A DNA stretch of 10,410 nucleotides, from UHGV virus genome UHGV-1720292; one strand, 5' to 3'. Origin of the DNA: a virus. The notes under the pieces are model-generated. The model was not told the DNA's origin, did not search any database, and worked only from the letters and a program-made list of their open reading frames with translations. Each line of letters starts with the position of its first letter. Position 1 is the first letter of the stretch. The position numbers were made by a program, and so were the translations under genes. Positions 8,799 through 10,410 of this stretch are shown here, in pieces.

Positions 8799-10217
8799 AT
8801 GCCGATTCAGCAACTTCCGCTTATGAAAGGTGTCGGCAAAGACTTTCGAAACGCCGACTATATCGACTATCTGCCAGTGAATATGCTGGCTACACCAAAA
8901 GAAATCCTTAACAGCAGCGGATATCTTCGCTCATTCCCGGGCATTGCCAAACGTTCTGATGTGAACGGTATATCGCGCGGCGTCGAGTACAACATGGCGC
9001 AGAGTGCTGTATATCGCGTGTGTGGGGGCAAGCTGTATAAGGGCGAAAGCGAAGTCGGTGATGTTGCCGGAAGTGGTCGTGTATCAATGGCGCATGGTCG
9101 GACATCTCAGGCTGTAGGCGTTAATGGTCAACTGGTAGAGTATCGCTATGATGGCACGGTTAAAACCGTCTCAAACTGGCCTGCAGATAGCGGATTCACT
9201 CAGTATGAGTTAGGTTCGGTTCGTGACATTACGCGCTTGCGTGGGCGTTATGCGTGGTCAAAAGACGGCACTGATTCATGGTTTATCACTGACCTTGAAG
9301 ACGAATCGCATCCTGACCGTTACAGCGCACAATATCGTGCCGAGTCTCAGCCTGACGGCATCATCGGCATCGGAACATGGCGAGACTTCATCGTCTGCTT
9401 TGGTTCATCGACGATTGAATATTTCTCCCTGACTGGCGCAACCACCGTTGGTGCCGCTTTGTATGTCGCACAGCCATCACTGATGGTGCAAAAAGGCATC
9501 GCCGGGACTTACTGCAAAACGCCGTTTGCTGATTCGTATGCGTTCATCAGCAATCCGGCAACAGGTGCGCCGTCTGTGTACATCATCGGTTCCGGTCAGG
9601 TATCACCAATCGCCAGCGCGAGCATTGAGAAAATACTACGCTCCTACACTGCTGATGAACTGGCTGATGGCGTGATGGAGTCTCTGCGATTTGATGCGCA
9701 TGAGTTGCTGATTATCCACCTTCCGCGCCATGTCCTCGTGTACGACGCATCTTCAAGCGCCAATGGTCCGCAATGGTGTGTGTTGAAAACAGGCCTGTAT
9801 GACGATGTGTACCGCGCTATCGACTTCATTTACGAAGGCAATCAGATAACGTGCGGCGATAAGCTGGAGTCCGTGACCGGGAAATTGCAGTTCGACATCA
9901 GCAGCCAGTATGGTCTTCAACAGGAACACCTGCTGTTTACTCCTCTGTTCAAAGCGGATAACGCCAGAGTTTTCGACCTTGAAGTTGAATCTTCAACTGG
10001 CGTTGCGCAGTACGCTGACCGCCTGTTCCTCTCTGCAACCACTGACGGAATCAATTACGGACGTGAGCAGATGATTGAGCAGAATGAACCGTTCGTTTAC
10101 GACAAGCGCGTTTTATGGAAGCGAGTCGGGCGCATCAGGAAAAATGTTGGCTTCAAATTGCGCGTTATCACGAAGTCACCTGTAACTCTGTCTGGCTGCC
10201 AGATAAGGATTGAGTAA
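8799..10217 (+). CDS. 10: Tail hub / adaptor protein (P22 gp10-like), 472 aa
   Basis: Same length as P22 gp10 (472 aa) and in the conserved position between gene 4 and gene 26. ATG abuts the gene 4 stop. Confidence 0.85.
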   Translation: MPIQQLPLMKGVGKDFRNADYIDYLPVNMLATPKEILNSSGYLRSFPGIAKRSDVNGISRGVEYNMAQSAVYRVCGGKLYKGESEVGDVAGSGRVSMAHGRTSQAVGVNGQLVEYRYDGTVKTVSNWPADSGFTQYELGSVRDITRLRGRYAWSKDGTDSWFITDLEDESHPDRYSAQYRAESQPDGIIGIGTWRDFIVCFGSSTIEYFSLTGATTVGAALYVAQPSLMVQKGIAGTYCKTPFADSYAFISNPATGAPSVYIIGSGQVSPIASASIEKILRSYTADELADGVMESLRFDAHELLIIHLPRHVLVYDASSSANGPQWCVLKTGLYDDVYRAIDFIYEGNQITCGDKLESVTGKLQFDISSQYGLQQEHLLFTPLFKADNARVFDLEVESSTGVAQYADRLFLSATTDGINYGREQMIEQNEPFVYDKRVLWKRVGRIRKNVGFKLRVITKSPVTLSGCQIRIE

Positions 10218-10410
10218 TGGCTGATTCGAATCTCAATGAGCCAGTAATCATCCAGGCTACGCGGCTCGATACATCAGTCCTTCCACGCAATATCTTCTCG
10301 CAGTCATATCTGCTGTACGTTATCGCACAGGGTGCTGATGTTGGTAACGTGGCTAACAAGGCCAACGAAGCAGGGAAGGGGGCTTATGATGCACAGGTGA
10401 AGAATGATGA
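10217..10410 (+). CDS. 26: Tail needle protein (P22 gp26-like), N-terminal fragment running off the right edge
   Basis: ATG at 10217 shares its A with the gene 10 TAA stop. Translation [65 protein letters not shown] matches the recalled P22 gp26 N-terminal domain. About 64 codons lie in the window. Confidence 0.85.
   Translation, partial: MADSNLNEPVIIQATRLDTSVLPRNIFSQSYLLYVIAQGADVGNVANKANEAGKGAYDAQVKND

Noticed and set aside
8908-10365. Small ORFs inside gene 10 and the gene 26 start (8908..9105-, 9223..9432+, 9644..9829-, 10168..10365-)
   Set aside because: Nested in or antisense to conserved structural genes with no independent support.
1-10410. tRNA, rRNA, CRISPR array, IS element or integrase
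   Set aside because: No cloverleaf-like or rRNA-like segments, no regularly spaced direct repeats, no terminal inverted repeats flanking a transposase-like ORF, and no integrase-like ORF were seen. The window is densely packed with morphogenesis genes.

Overview
This window reads as the DNA-packaging and head/tail-adaptor segment of the late operon of a P22-like temperate podophage or prophage of Enterobacteriaceae. All assignments rest on reading the translated ORFs and on remembered P22 protein sequences; no database search was run. Plus-strand order is: 3' end of an unknown gene, an orf80-like small protein, small terminase (P22 gene 3) with an internal pac-like site, large terminase (gene 2), portal (gene 1), scaffold (gene 8), coat (gene 5), a hairpin terminator, an unassigned 197-aa acidic protein, then genes 4, 10 and the start of 26. 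Two elements break the canonical 8-5-4 order and are the most interesting parts. The first is an AT-rich, antisense HNH-AP2 homing-endonuclease gene wedged stop-to-stop against the scaffold gene and upstream of coat (5799..6387). The second is the 197-aa accessory ORF sitting behind the coat terminator (7727..8320). A possible GTG-initiated 59-aa ORF lies in the orf80/gene 3 gap. No tRNA, rRNA, CRISPR array or IS element was seen.
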